In this document: positions 19,287 to 28,640 of the stretch, piece by piece
Layout: each line of letters begins with the position of its first letter
How positions within the stretch are numbered: position 1 is the stretch's first letter
Assembly (NCBI GenBank): GCA_043823085.1
Contig: JBDRBE010000004.1
Span: 133,510-197,509, forward strand
Source of the DNA: Candidatus Levyibacteriota bacterium
GTDB taxonomy: Bacteria; Patescibacteriota; Microgenomatia; Levybacterales; UBA12049
Length of the DNA: 64,000 nt
Direction: 5' to 3'
Notes under the pieces: generated by a model
What the model saw: the letters and a program-made list of their open reading frames with translations, nothing else
The model's database searches: none
Told to the model about the DNA's origin: nothing
Translations under genes and position numbers: made by a program

Positions 19287-22112
19287 ATGTTTAAATCATT
19301 TAAACCTGTTTCTCCGAAAGTTGATTTTGTAAAACAAGAGGAAGAAATTCTAAAATTCTGGAAAGAAAATAAAATTTTTGAAAAATCCGTTGAGTCCCGG
19401 CCGGAGAATAAGCCCTGGATTTTTTTAGACGGGCCGCCTTTTATTACCGGCCTTCCGCATTACGGGACTTTACTCTCCAGTATTCCAAAAGATTTATTTC
19501 CAAGATTTAAAACAATGCAAGGATATAGAGTCCGCCGTGTTTGGGGATGGGATTGCCATGGTTTGCCTGCCGAAAATAAAGTTGAAGAAAAGCTTGGCAT
19601 AAAAAGAAAAAAAGATATAGAAGAAAAAGTCGGAGTCAAAAAGTTTATTAATGAATGTAAATTATATGTTAAAAATGTTTCCAAAGACTGGGAATGGTAT
19701 GTTGATCGCATCGGAAGATGGGCAGATTTTGAAAATGCCTACAAAACCATGGACATTTCCTATATGGAGTCGGTGATGTGGGTTTTTAAGCAGATGTACG
19801 ATAAAGGGTTAGTTTATAAGGGGCTTCGTGTTTCGCTTTTTTGCCCTCATTGTTCAACTCCAATTTCCAATTTCGAAGTTGCCATGGATGCCGATAATTA
19901 TAAGGATTTAACAGAACCGACTGCGGTTTATAAATACCGGTTAAAAGCTGAGAAAAATACTTATTTACTGGCTTGGTCAACTACTCCTTGGAATAAATTA
20001 GTTACTTCGTCTTTAGCAGTTAAACCCGATTTAACTTATGTTAAGGTTTGCCAGGGAAAAGAAAATTATATTTTGGCAAAGTCTACCGTTAAAATGCTTG
20101 AAGAGAAACCTTACAAGATTCTGGAGGAATTTAAAGGTAGTGAGTTAGTTGGGAAGGAGTTTATTCCTCCTTATGATTTTTACAAAATTGATCCGGGCAA
20201 AAAGGCATTTATTGTAATAGGCGCTGATTTTGTGACTGAGGAGGAAGGAACAGGTGTGGTTACCCTTGCTCCTTATGGTGAAGAAGATTTGGAAGTAATG
20301 CAAAAGGAAAACATTCAAATAGTGTTGCATGTTGATGAGGAAGGGATTGTAAAGGACTTTGTGCCGAAATTTGGGGGAATGTATTATCTTAAGGCTGATA
20401 AATTAGTGCTTGAGGATTTAAAAGAGCGGGGAGTAGTGTACAGATTAATAGAGCATACCCATAGCGTGCCTCATTGCTGGAGATGCGAAACAAGGCTTTT
20501 TTACGCTCCGCAAAATGCATGGTATGTAAATATCCAGACTTTAAAATCGCAGCTTAAAAAAACCAATGAAACAATAAATTGGTTCCCAAAACATTTTAAA
20601 TACGGCCGTTTCCTAAAAAGCATGGAGCAGGCGCCTGACTGGTGTATTTCGCGAAGTAGGTATTGGGGTTCGCCGGTACCTGTTTGGGAGTGTTTTGGAT
20701 GCGGCCAAAATTTTGTTCCGGACTCAATAAAGGAATTGGAAGAGGCAAGTGGTAAAAAGATTAATGATTTACATAAACCGGAAATTGATGAAATAACAGT
20801 AAAGTGTAAAAAATGCGGAAAAGTTAGTCATCGTGTACCTGAAGTTTTGGATTCATGGATAGAGGCCGGTTCTGCGCCATATGCCGAGCGTCATTTTCCC
20901 TTTGTAAAAGGTCTAAAGCTTGAAGATTTTTTTCCGCCGGATTTTATTGTTGAATATACAGGACAAATAAGAGCTTGGTTTTATGTTCTTCATGTCATTG
21001 GGACGGCAATTTTTAATTCGAAAGCTTTTAAAAATGTTTCGGTGACAGGCGTAATTCTTGGAACAGACGGCAGGAAAATGAGCAAAAACTATAATAATTA
21101 TCCTGACCCAAAACAAATGCTGCAAAAATACGGAGGAGATGCGCTGCGTTTGTATTTAATGGGAAGTCCGGTAATGAAAGGCGAAGATATTTTAATATCA
21201 GAGGATCATTACCGTGAACAAGTGAAAGGAACAATGCTTATTCTTTGGAACATTTATAATTTTTTCGTGATGAACGCAAGTGTGGACAAATGGTCAGTTA
21301 CAAGTTGCAAGTTACAAGTTACAAGCCAGAATGTTTTAGATAAATGGATAAATGCAAGACTAAATGAAACAATACGGGAAGTAACTAATTCGCTTGAGAA
21401 TTTTGATACTGTTTCTGCGATCAAATTTAGCGAAGTATTTATTTCTGATTTATCTCTTTGGTATGTTCGCAGATCCCGCAGCAGGGTTGGCATGGCGGCT
21501 TCCAACAAAGAAGATAAAAATGCGTGTTACCAGACTTTTTACAGAGTTTTAGTAACTTTTTCAAAATTAATTGCGCCGATTACGCCTTTTATTGCCGAAG
21601 AATTTTTTAGAAACTTAACCGGCGAAGAATCAGTTCATTTAACAGAATGGCCGGAAAACAGTTTAAGCATCGATAAAAAACTTATCGAAGAGATGGCTAT
21701 GGTTCGTAAAATTGTGGAAATGGGTCATTCAACAAGAAAAAGCAATAATATTAAAGTTCGGCAACCCCTTTCGAAATTTTCAATTTTTAATTTAAAATTT
21801 TTAATTGATGAAGGCTTAGTTAATCTTGTTAAGGATGAATTAAATGTTAAAGAAGTTATTCAGAAAGAGGGGAAGGGTGATTTGCTAGTCGAGTTTGACA
21901 CAAAATTGACAAAGGAATTGATTGACGAGGGACAAATGAGGGATATTGTCAGAAAAATCCAGGAAGAGAGAAAAAGACTCGAAACAAAACCGGATGAAAA
22001 AGTTAATGTGGTTTTGCAAGACTGGCCAAAAGATTTTGAAGAAGAAATTAAAAAAAGGGCGCAAGCGAACAAACTTTCCAAGGGTGAAAAATTTGAGGTT
22101 AAAAGGGAATGA
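19287..22112 (+). CDS. ileS: Isoleucyl-tRNA synthetase, archaeal/eukaryotic type
   Basis: DGPPFITGLPHYGT (degenerate HIGH), GWDCHGLPAE, KMSKNYNNYPDP (KMSKS). It carries two in-frame heptamer-array insertions. Confidence 0.8.
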   Translation: MFKSFKPVSPKVDFVKQEEEILKFWKENKIFEKSVESRPENKPWIFLDGPPFITGLPHYGTLLSSIPKDLFPRFKTMQGYRVRRVWGWDCHGLPAENKVEEKLGIKRKKDIEEKVGVKKFINECKLYVKNVSKDWEWYVDRIGRWADFENAYKTMDISYMESVMWVFKQMYDKGLVYKGLRVSLFCPHCSTPISNFEVAMDADNYKDLTEPTAVYKYRLKAEKNTYLLAWSTTPWNKLVTSSLAVKPDLTYVKVCQGKENYILAKSTVKMLEEKPYKILEEFKGSELVGKEFIPPYDFYKIDPGKKAFIVIGADFVTEEEGTGVVTLAPYGEEDLEVMQKENIQIVLHVDEEGIVKDFVPKFGGMYYLKADKLVLEDLKERGVVYRLIEHTHSVPHCWRCETRLFYAPQNAWYVNIQTLKSQLKKTNETINWFPKHFKYGRFLKSMEQAPDWCISRSRYWGSPVPVWECFGCGQNFVPDSIKELEEASGKKINDLHKPEIDEITVKCKKCGKVSHRVPEVLDSWIEAGSAPYAERHFPFVKGLKLEDFFPPDFIVEYTGQIRAWFYVLHVIGTAIFNSKAFKNVSVTGVILGTDGRKMSKNYNNYPDPKQMLQKYGGDALRLYLMGSPVMKGEDILISEDHYREQVKGTMLILWNIYNFFVMNASVDKWSVTSCKLQVTSQNVLDKWINARLNETIREVTNSLENFDTVSAIKFSEVFISDLSLWYVRRSRSRVGMAASNKEDKNACYQTFYRVLVTFSKLIAPITPFIAEEFFRNLTGEESVHLTEWPENSLSIDKKLIEEMAMVRKIVEMGHSTRKSNNIKVRQPLSKFSIFNLKFLIDEGLVNLVKDELNVKEVIQKEGKGDLLVEFDTKLTKELIDEGQMRDIVRKIQEERKRLETKPDEKVNVVLQDWPKDFEEEIKKRAQANKLSKGEKFEVKRE
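21297..21324. repeat. Heptanucleotide array gttacaa-gttgcaa-gttacaa-gttacaa (28 nt) in ileS
   Basis: Read directly from the sequence. It encodes SVTSCKLQVTSQ. Confidence 0.9.
21775..21809. repeat. Degenerate AATTTTY heptamer array (aattttc-aattttt-aatttaa-aattttt-aattgat) in ileS
   Basis: Read directly from the sequence. It encodes KFSIFNLKFLI. Confidence 0.8.
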
Positions 22113-23188
22113 AAAGAGGGGGTATTTTAAATATCGAGCTGGGGTTATTAATTCCTGTTTTTGTTCTTGTCTCCTTAGGTCTTGCCACGCTTTTTTCCAT
22201 CAACGTTTCGTATTTTAAAAGTCAACTCGTCTATATTATCCTTTCGTTTTTAGTCTTTATATTTTTTGCCAATGTTAATTATCGGATTTTTCGTTTATAT
22301 TACGTTCAAATTTATATTATTTCTATAATTGCATTTATAATTGTTCTTTTGTTGGGTTTTGAAACTCGGGGGACAATGCGATGGGTTGATATTTTTGGTT
22401 TTCGGATTCAATTCTCCGAAGTGCTAAAGCCATTTTTGGCTGTTTCATTTTCCTCAATGTTGGCCAATAGCAGAAAATCGTTCAAATCTCTTCTTTTGAG
22501 TATTGCTTATCTTATCCCAATTGTTTTTTTAGTTTATATTCAGCCGGATCTTGGTAACGCTTTAATTTATTTTTTTGTAGCACTTTTAACTTTAGTTGTT
22601 ACAGGCTTTCCGCTTATTTGGTTTGGTCTGGGATTTTTTTTCATGGCAGGTTTGTCTCCTTTATTTTGGAGAATGATGCATGGCTATCAAAGAGAAAGAA
22701 TACTTACGTTTATCAATCCAAACAAAGATATTTTGGGAACATCCTATAACGCAATTCAATCGATTGTAGCGGTTGGCTCGGGAATGATTCTTGGGAGAGG
22801 GCTTGGCGAGGGTACACAGTCGGGACTTCGTTTTTTGCCCGAACAGTATACGGATTTTATCTTTGCGACAATTTCTGAAAGCTTTGGATTTTTAGGAGGG
22901 CTTTTAATAATTATTTCGTTTGCTTTCCTTCTCTATAAAATATATTCGATATATAGAGACTCCGAGGATAAATTTTGTAAAATTTTTAGTGCCTGCGTCT
23001 TTTTCTTAATTCTTGTGCAGCTTTTTATTAATATCGGCATGAATATAGGGATTGTTCCTATTGTTGGTATTACTTTGCCCTTTGTTTCGTATGGGGGAAG
23101 CTCGCTTTTATCAAATTTCATTTTACTTGGATTTCTTTCTTCAATTGGCCGTGATATTAAAGAGCAGGAAACACTAGAAATTAAGTGA
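22109..23188 (+). CDS. rodA: SEDS-family protein RodA/FtsW paralogue
   Basis: Polytopic membrane protein of the FtsW/RodA/SpoVE family, with the PFVSYGGSS C-terminal motif shared with the ftsW at 13625. Confidence 0.8.
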   Translation: MKRGGILNIELGLLIPVFVLVSLGLATLFSINVSYFKSQLVYIILSFLVFIFFANVNYRIFRLYYVQIYIISIIAFIIVLLLGFETRGTMRWVDIFGFRIQFSEVLKPFLAVSFSSMLANSRKSFKSLLLSIAYLIPIVFLVYIQPDLGNALIYFFVALLTLVVTGFPLIWFGLGFFFMAGLSPLFWRMMHGYQRERILTFINPNKDILGTSYNAIQSIVAVGSGMILGRGLGEGTQSGLRFLPEQYTDFIFATISESFGFLGGLLIIISFAFLLYKIYSIYRDSEDKFCKIFSACVFFLILVQLFINIGMNIGIVPIVGITLPFVSYGGSSLLSNFILLGFLSSIGRDIKEQETLEIK

Positions 23189-23221
23189 TGAGTTTGATAT
23201 AATTGCTTTTTACAAAAGCAT

Positions 23222-23542
23222 ATGAAGTACGCGGTTATAAAAACAGGCGGAAAGCAGTATAAAGTTGAAGAAGGAGATGTGTTGGAGGTGGAGAGGCTCC
23301 AAATTTTGCCAAATAAGGATTTTAATTTTGAAGAAGTATTGCTTTATGTGTCGGACGATTCTTTTAAAATAGGTAAGCCAAAAGCGGAAGGGGTTAAAGT
23401 TTTGGCAAAGCTCTTGGAACATATAAAAGGAGAGAAAATTAGAGTTTCTAAATTTAAATCAAAAGTAAAATATCGAAGAACTACAGGCCACAGGCAATCG
23501 CTTAGTAAAGTTAAAATTGAATCGATCGGGCTGCATAAATGA
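23222..23542 (+). CDS. rplU: 50S ribosomal protein L21
   Basis: MKYAVIKTGGKQYKVEEGDVL. Confidence 0.95.
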   Translation: MKYAVIKTGGKQYKVEEGDVLEVERLQILPNKDFNFEEVLLYVSDDSFKIGKPKAEGVKVLAKLLEHIKGEKIRVSKFKSKVKYRRTTGHRQSLSKVKIESIGLHK

Positions 23543-23557
23543 TATAATTTGACTGTC

Positions 23558-23602
23558 TTGACTTCTGTGAAAAGTGCAGATAAAATACATTTAGTTTTCA
23601 CA
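23558..23602 (+). promoter_or_regulatory. Sigma70-like promoter (ttgact, 17 nt spacer, taaaat) embedded in an 8-bp inverted repeat (tgtgaaaa/ttttcaca) upstream of rpmA
   Basis: -35 at 23558-23563, -10 at 23581-23586. Inverted-repeat arms at 23566-23573 and 23595-23602. Confidence 0.4.
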
Positions 23603-23610
23603 AAAATACT

Positions 23611-23862
23611 ATGGCACATACAAAAGCACAAGGATCAGTAAAAGGAAATAGGGATTCAGTTGCCAAACGTTTAGGGGTGAAGCTTTTTGGTGGACAAAAG
23701 GCAGAAAACGGCAATATTATTGTCAGGCAAAAAGGAACAAGAATAAGCGCTGGAAAAAATGTTTTGATGGGGAAAGACTTTACCCTTTACGCAGTAGCAT
23801 CCGGTTATGTAAATTTTAAGACAAGATTTGGTAAAAAAATTGTGGAGGTTATTAATGGATAA
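23611..23862 (+). CDS. rpmA: 50S ribosomal protein L27
   Basis: MAHTKAQGSVKGNRDS..GVKLFGGQ. Confidence 0.95.
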   Translation: MAHTKAQGSVKGNRDSVAKRLGVKLFGGQKAENGNIIVRQKGTRISAGKNVLMGKDFTLYAVASGYVNFKTRFGKKIVEVING

Positions 23863-24676
23863 TAATGATCAACAGATAAGCGAAATAGAAATATCACAGC
23901 TTCAAGCAAATCCTTTACAACCCCGTGGGATTATTTCTCCGGAATCAATAGCGGAACTGATGGATTCAATTCGTGAACACGGAATTTTAGAGCCATTGGT
24001 TATTGCAAAAACCCCTGCCGGATTTCAGATAATTGCAGGTGAAAGAAGATGGAGAGCCGCCAAAGCTCTTGGGATGGCAAAAGTTCCGGCAGTCGTAAGA
24101 GAGACAACTCCGCAAGGAATGCTGGAAATGTCAATTGTCGAAAACGTTCAGCGGGAAGATCTTAATCCGATAGAAAGAGCACTTGCCTACAAGAGATTAA
24201 TAGATGAATTTGGTCTTGGAACAAATGAGGTTGCAAAGAGAGTTGGAAAGAGTGCACCGGCGGTCTCAAATACTATTCGGCTTCTATCGTTACCGGATGC
24301 GATTAAAGATGCGTTGGTCGCAGGTGTAATCAGCGAGGGACATGTTCGTCCTTTAATTTCCTTGGAAGATCACAAACTTATGCTTGATCTTTTCAAAAAA
24401 ATATTGCGTGAAAACAGCACTGTCAGACAAACAGAAGAGTTGGCAAGAGAAATTAAATCCGACATACAAAAGAAAGAGCCGCGCACAAAACAGGATAGGC
24501 TGTGGGTGCCGGAAATGGATGAAATGGCAAAGTCAATAGAAAAGAAATTTAATCTTAATAAAGTTACGGTTTATCAGTCAAGAAGTCTGGCAAGACTTGT
24601 TTTGGTAGTTAGAGGAGAAGTGGATATAACAACGCCAAAAATAAAAGAAATTTGCAATTTGCTTGAAGGTGTCTAA
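23855..24676 (+). CDS. parB: Chromosome partitioning protein ParB/Spo0J
   Basis: LEPLVIAKTP..GFQIIAGERRWRAAKALG. The ATG at 23855 (MDNNDQQ) is the likely start; the track ORF begins at 23828 inside rpmA. Confidence 0.85.
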   Translation: MDNNDQQISEIEISQLQANPLQPRGIISPESIAELMDSIREHGILEPLVIAKTPAGFQIIAGERRWRAAKALGMAKVPAVVRETTPQGMLEMSIVENVQREDLNPIERALAYKRLIDEFGLGTNEVAKRVGKSAPAVSNTIRLLSLPDAIKDALVAGVISEGHVRPLISLEDHKLMLDLFKKILRENSTVRQTEELAREIKSDIQKKEPRTKQDRLWVPEMDEMAKSIEKKFNLNKVTVYQSRSLARLVLVVRGEVDITTPKIKEICNLLEGV

Positions 24677-25323
24677 TAAGGATTAGTGATTCTTCTTATT
24701 CTATCAAGCGGCCAATAGGCAAATAGAGAACGCCCGATAACTTCATTTTTTTTGACAAATCCCCATTCTCTGGAGTCCGAACTATAAGGACGGTTGTCGC
24801 CCATAACAAAATACATGTTTTCAGGCACACTGAGCGGTATTCCCTCTTTAAGGAATGAAGAGGGATAAGTTTTAACGTCGCTATTTAAATACATGTGCTG
24901 GTCAAGTTTTTCATTATTGATATAAATATTGTTGTCTTTGAGAAGTATGGTGTCACCCGCAACTGCGATGATTCTTTTAATAAAATCTTTTTCTTCGTCC
25001 AACGGATATCTAAAGACAATTACATCTCCTTTTTTTAGCTCGTCAAACCGCAAGGAAATAAGGTCGGTCAAGATATATTCTTTGTCGTGAAAATTTGGAA
25101 ACATTGAATCACCGTTAACCTGAAATGGCCGAAAAAAGAAAATATAAATAAAAACAAAAAATGAGGCAAAAAGAAGTAAAGTTTGAGCGGTGTCAATAAA
25201 GAATGAAAATATTTTCCGTAAGATAAACATAAAATATATTGTGGCAGAGAGCTTAAATTTTGTCAACGATAATAATCTGTGGTAAGATTGAGGTGAAGTG
25301 TGGGTACTTAGCTCCCCGTACAA
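24673..25323 (-). CDS. lepB: Signal peptidase I
   Basis: GDSMFPNF (catalytic Ser box) and VMGDNRPYSSDSREWG box E. Confidence 0.85.
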   Translation of the reverse strand: MYGELSTHTSPQSYHRLLSLTKFKLSATIYFMFILRKIFSFFIDTAQTLLLFASFFVFIYIFFFRPFQVNGDSMFPNFHDKEYILTDLISLRFDELKKGDVIVFRYPLDEEKDFIKRIIAVAGDTILLKDNNIYINNEKLDQHMYLNSDVKTYPSSFLKEGIPLSVPENMYFVMGDNRPYSSDSREWGFVKKNEVIGRSLFAYWPLDRIRRITNPY

Positions 25324-25395
25324 TTCTTACTTGCTCCCGAGGGTTGCATCCTCGCGTCGCAAAGGCGGATATACGGGCAAGTAGTGGTTTTATAT

Positions 25396-25467
25396 GGATC
25401 CGTAGCTCAGTGGTAGAGCGTTCGGTTCACATCCGAAAGGTCAGAGGTTCGATACCTCTCGGATCCA
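25396..25467 (+). tRNA. tRNA-Val (anticodon CAC)
   Basis: 72-nt manual cloverleaf fold: acceptor ggatccg/cggatcc, anticodon loop ttCACat, T-loop ttcgata. No encoded CCA. Confidence 0.85.
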
Positions 25468-25541
25468 CTTTTCGTATTTTGTTCGCATTTTTCTCTTTCC
25501 CGCCATCTTAGCACTCTCTGCATATGTCTGATAATCGAGAT

Positions 25542-26489
25542 TTAATTCACCTTATTCGTCGGTTTTCCTTTGAGGAAATTTTCTATATTTGACGTAAACA
25601 TTTCTTGTCTCATAATTCCTGCCTCTTTTGTAATATATGCCATTGGCGGATAAATAATGCAGTTTTCATATTTTGAAAGATTCTTTAAATCTTTTTGGGA
25701 CATTTCATCGGAATGGTCCAAAACAAAAGTTATATCTTTCTTCTCAAGTCTCTTTACCAATCCTTCAATATTAACCAACTCCATAGGAGCAGTGTTTATA
25801 ATAACAGCTCCCTTTTTTACTTCTTGAAATCTTTTTTTATTAAAGATATTTTCTGTTTCTTTATTTAGGGCAAGATTTATAGATACAAAATCGGATTTGG
25901 AGATAAGTTTGTTAAGTTCCTCGTATCTTATTCCTTTTTTCTCCGCATCTCTCTTTCTATTTCTTGACCAATACCTAACGTCTGCGCCAAGACCAAGAGC
26001 CAGCTCTGCAATTCTTGTTCCAATATGTCCTAGACCAATTACGCCAAAAATTTTATCTTTAATCTCAAAAGCGGAAATACCAGCCTCTGAATAATTGCCT
26101 GTTTTTCCTCTTCTTTTCCCTTCACAAATTCCTTTTACTACTTCAAGGATTGCTGCTAGAACAAATTCCGCGACAGATTCAGTGCTATAACCGGCCAGAT
26201 TACAAACAATGACTTTCTTTTTCTTTGCATATTCGCTGTCAATTTTTCCATATGCAGTTGCAAATACTCCAATATATTTAAGATGCGGAGCTTTATCTAT
26301 ATCTTCTTTTGAAACATTTACTCCAAAGCCAACCAATAGGCAGTCTGTATCTGCTAAATGTTTTTTTATTTCCAGACTGTTTTTAGGGAGAAATACTTTT
26401 TCTTTAGTTAATTTATTTATTCTCTTCCAATAGTTTTGCTCAAGAGATGATTTAGATATTCCAATGAATGTAGCTTTATTAAATTTCAT
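25542..26489 (-). CDS. D-isomer-specific 2-hydroxyacid dehydrogenase (NAD-binding)
   Basis: GVIGLGHIGTRIAELA Rossmann motif with a catalytic His/Glu/Arg pattern. 315 aa. Confidence 0.75.
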   Translation of the reverse strand: MKFNKATFIGISKSSLEQNYWKRINKLTKEKVFLPKNSLEIKKHLADTDCLLVGFGVNVSKEDIDKAPHLKYIGVFATAYGKIDSEYAKKKKVIVCNLAGYSTESVAEFVLAAILEVVKGICEGKRRGKTGNYSEAGISAFEIKDKIFGVIGLGHIGTRIAELALGLGADVRYWSRNRKRDAEKKGIRYEELNKLISKSDFVSINLALNKETENIFNKKRFQEVKKGAVIINTAPMELVNIEGLVKRLEKKDITFVLDHSDEMSQKDLKNLSKYENCIIYPPMAYITKEAGIMRQEMFTSNIENFLKGKPTNKVN

Positions 26490-26598
26490 ATTATTATGAG
26501 TTTGATTATAATATTAATTATTAAGTAATGCAAGCTTAGGCTTCTACGGAATATATTTAGGTTTTATTAATTTTAAATTTAATGGTAGAATTTGAGGA

Positions 26599-27681
26599 AT
26601 GCGGGTTTTATTTTTAACAAGACTTTTTTATCCCCATATCGGCGGAGTTGAAAGACATGTGATGGAGTTGAGTAAGAGGTTGGTTGAAAGAGGAGACGAG
26701 GCATCGGTAATCACAGAGGCAGATTCTCATAATTTTCAATTTTCAATTTTCAATTTTCAATCAAATTCTAATGTAAAAATTTTAAATAAAAAAACACCAG
26801 GCAAGATCGAAATTTATCGGATACCGGTAGGTAAAGATAGCTGGTTTAAGAAGTTTCGGATTTGGCAATGGATGTGGAAACATCGGGAGTTGATTAGTAG
26901 TGCTGACGTTGTCCACTGTCATGATGTATTCTTTTGGTATTTGCCGTTTAGATTCTTGTTTCCGCAAAAGAAAGTTTTTACAACCTTTCATGGTTACGAA
27001 AGCTATCCCATTTCCAAAAAAGCAATAATTGTCCGAAAAATTTCAGAACTTTTATCATTTGGCAATATTTGTATCGGCGATTTTATCAAAAAATGGTACA
27101 AAACAAAAGCGACGTTTGTTTCATATGGCGGCGTCAATGCCAAAAATCAAAAATCAAAAATCAAAAATCAAAGATTAGAAAAAGCAAGAGAGAAGTATTC
27201 CGCTGTTTTCATTGGGCGTTTGGATGAGCAGACAGGAATTTTGACTTATTTAAAGGCGGTTGAATTAATAAAAAAGAAAATTCCTGGTTTTAAATTCACA
27301 GTTATTGGCGAGGGGAGGTTCAAAAATAAAATTCCAAAAGATATTGAGGTTTTAGGATTCCAAGAGAGGGTTGAAGAATATTTCCCAGAATTTAATTTTG
27401 CTTTTGTTTCGCGTTACCTCTCAATTCTTGAGGCAATAGCTGCAAAGCGTCTTGTTTTTGCCCTTTATGATAATCCGGTAAAGCGAGACTATTTAAAAAT
27501 GGCGCCGTTTGCAAAGTTTGTTATTATCTCTAATTCGGAAAAAGAGTTGGCAGAAAAAGTTTTGTTTTTCCTAAAAAATCCGGATAAAGAAAAAGAATTG
27601 GTTGACGATGCTTTTAATTGGGTAAAAAATCAAACATGGGAAAAAGTCCTTCAAACTTACCTAAATCTTTGGAAAAAGTAA
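26599..27681 (+). CDS. Glycosyltransferase family 4 (GT-B)
   Basis: Starts MRVLFLTRLFYPHIGGVERHV, with an E-x7-E-like C-terminal region. It carries two heptamer-array insertions. Confidence 0.75.
   Translation: MRVLFLTRLFYPHIGGVERHVMELSKRLVERGDEASVITEADSHNFQFSIFNFQSNSNVKILNKKTPGKIEIYRIPVGKDSWFKKFRIWQWMWKHRELISSADVVHCHDVFFWYLPFRFLFPQKKVFTTFHGYESYPISKKAIIVRKISELLSFGNICIGDFIKKWYKTKATFVSYGGVNAKNQKSKIKNQRLEKAREKYSAVFIGRLDEQTGILTYLKAVELIKKKIPGFKFTVIGEGRFKNKIPKDIEVLGFQERVEEYFPEFNFAFVSRYLSILEAIAAKRLVFALYDNPVKRDYLKMAPFAKFVIISNSEKELAEKVLFFLKNPDKEKELVDDAFNWVKNQTWEKVLQTYLNLWKK
26734..26761. repeat. (ttttcaa)4 perfect heptamer array inside the GT4 gene
   Basis: Read directly from the sequence. It encodes FQFSIFNFQ. 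Confidence 0.9.
27142..27169. repeat. (aaaaatc)4 perfect heptamer array inside the GT4 gene
   Basis: Read directly from the sequence. It encodes KNQKSKIKNQ. Confidence 0.9.
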
Positions 27682-27716
27682 GCTTCAAATGATATACTTC
27701 AAATATAAAAACAAAC

Positions 27717-28640
27717 ATGAAAGTTTCTTTTGTGGCTACGGTTTTGAATGAGGAGAAGTCAATTGATTATTTCCTTGAATCGCTTTTCAAGCAGTCAGTG
27801 GAGCCGGATGAAATAATCATCGTTGATGCGGAAAGCACCGATGCTACAGCGTCGATAATTTTCAATTTTAAATTTTCAATTTTCAATGAAAAAGTAAAAA
27901 TTATAATAAAAAAAGGGAATAGGGCGGTGGGGAGGAATGAGGCGATAAAAAATGCTACAGGAGAAATTATTGCATGTTCGGACGCCGGATGTGTTTTGGA
28001 TAAAGATTGGTTAAAAAATATCATCGAATCGTTTCAAGACCCAACTATTGATGTAGTTTGCGGATTTTATAAACCAATTACTCACAATATTTTTGAGAGA
28101 TGTTTGGCTACTTACACTTGTGTTATGCCGGACAGAATCGACAGGGAGAATTTCCTTCCATCTTCAAGGTCAGTTGCTTTCAAAAAAAGTGCATGGGAAA
28201 AAGTCAAAGGGTATCCGGAGAATTTAGATACTTGTGAAGATTTAATTTTTGCAAGAAATTTAAAAAAAGCAGGATTAAAATTTAAATTTAATAGAAAGGC
28301 AATAGTTTACTGGCCTCAAAAGAAAAATTTACTTGAAGCATTTAAACAATTTTTTAATTATGCAAAAGGGGACGGTCAGGCAAGACATATACGAATGCAA
28401 ACTCCATTCCTTTTTATCAGATATATTTTAGGTTTTATATTATTATTTTATTCATTAATTTTTAAAATAACATTATTTTATTTTTTAATATTTCTTTTGT
28501 GTTTATATTTTCTTTGGTCAATAAATAAAAGCTTTAAATATATCAAAAACTGGAAGGGATTAATTATTTTACCTGTCTTACAAATGACATCAGATATTGC
28601 AGTAATATCCGGAATGACAGTTGGATTTTTTAAAAAATAA
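27717..28640 (+). CDS. Glycosyltransferase family 2 with a C-terminal TM region
   Basis: Starts [22 protein letters not shown], with a DxD-type GT-A fold. It carries a (ttttcaa)-type insertion. Confidence 0.75.
   Translation: MKVSFVATVLNEEKSIDYFLESLFKQSVEPDEIIIVDAESTDATASIIFNFKFSIFNEKVKIIIKKGNRAVGRNEAIKNATGEIIACSDAGCVLDKDWLKNIIESFQDPTIDVVCGFYKPITHNIFERCLATYTCVMPDRIDRENFLPSSRSVAFKKSAWEKVKGYPENLDTCEDLIFARNLKKAGLKFKFNRKAIVYWPQKKNLLEAFKQFFNYAKGDGQARHIRMQTPFLFIRYILGFILLFYSLIFKITLFYFLIFLLCLYFLWSINKSFKYIKNWKGLIILPVLQMTSDIAVISGMTVGFFKK
27848..27875. repeat. Heptamer array ttttcaa-ttttaaa-ttttcaa-ttttcaa inside the GT2 gene
   Basis: Read directly from the sequence. It encodes [10 protein letters not shown]. 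Confidence 0.9.

Noticed and set aside
21946-22218. 90-aa basic ORF overlapping the ileS 3' end and rodA start
   Set aside because: It is an out-of-frame read through two well-supported genes.
23828-23854. parB start at 23828 overlapping rpmA
   Set aside because: An ATG at 23855 directly after the rpmA stop gives a normal ParB N-terminus. The upstream extension is probably not translated.
25260-25511. 83-aa ORF on the + strand
   Set aside because: It overlaps tRNA-Val completely. Its amino-acid sequence is just the tRNA read as protein.
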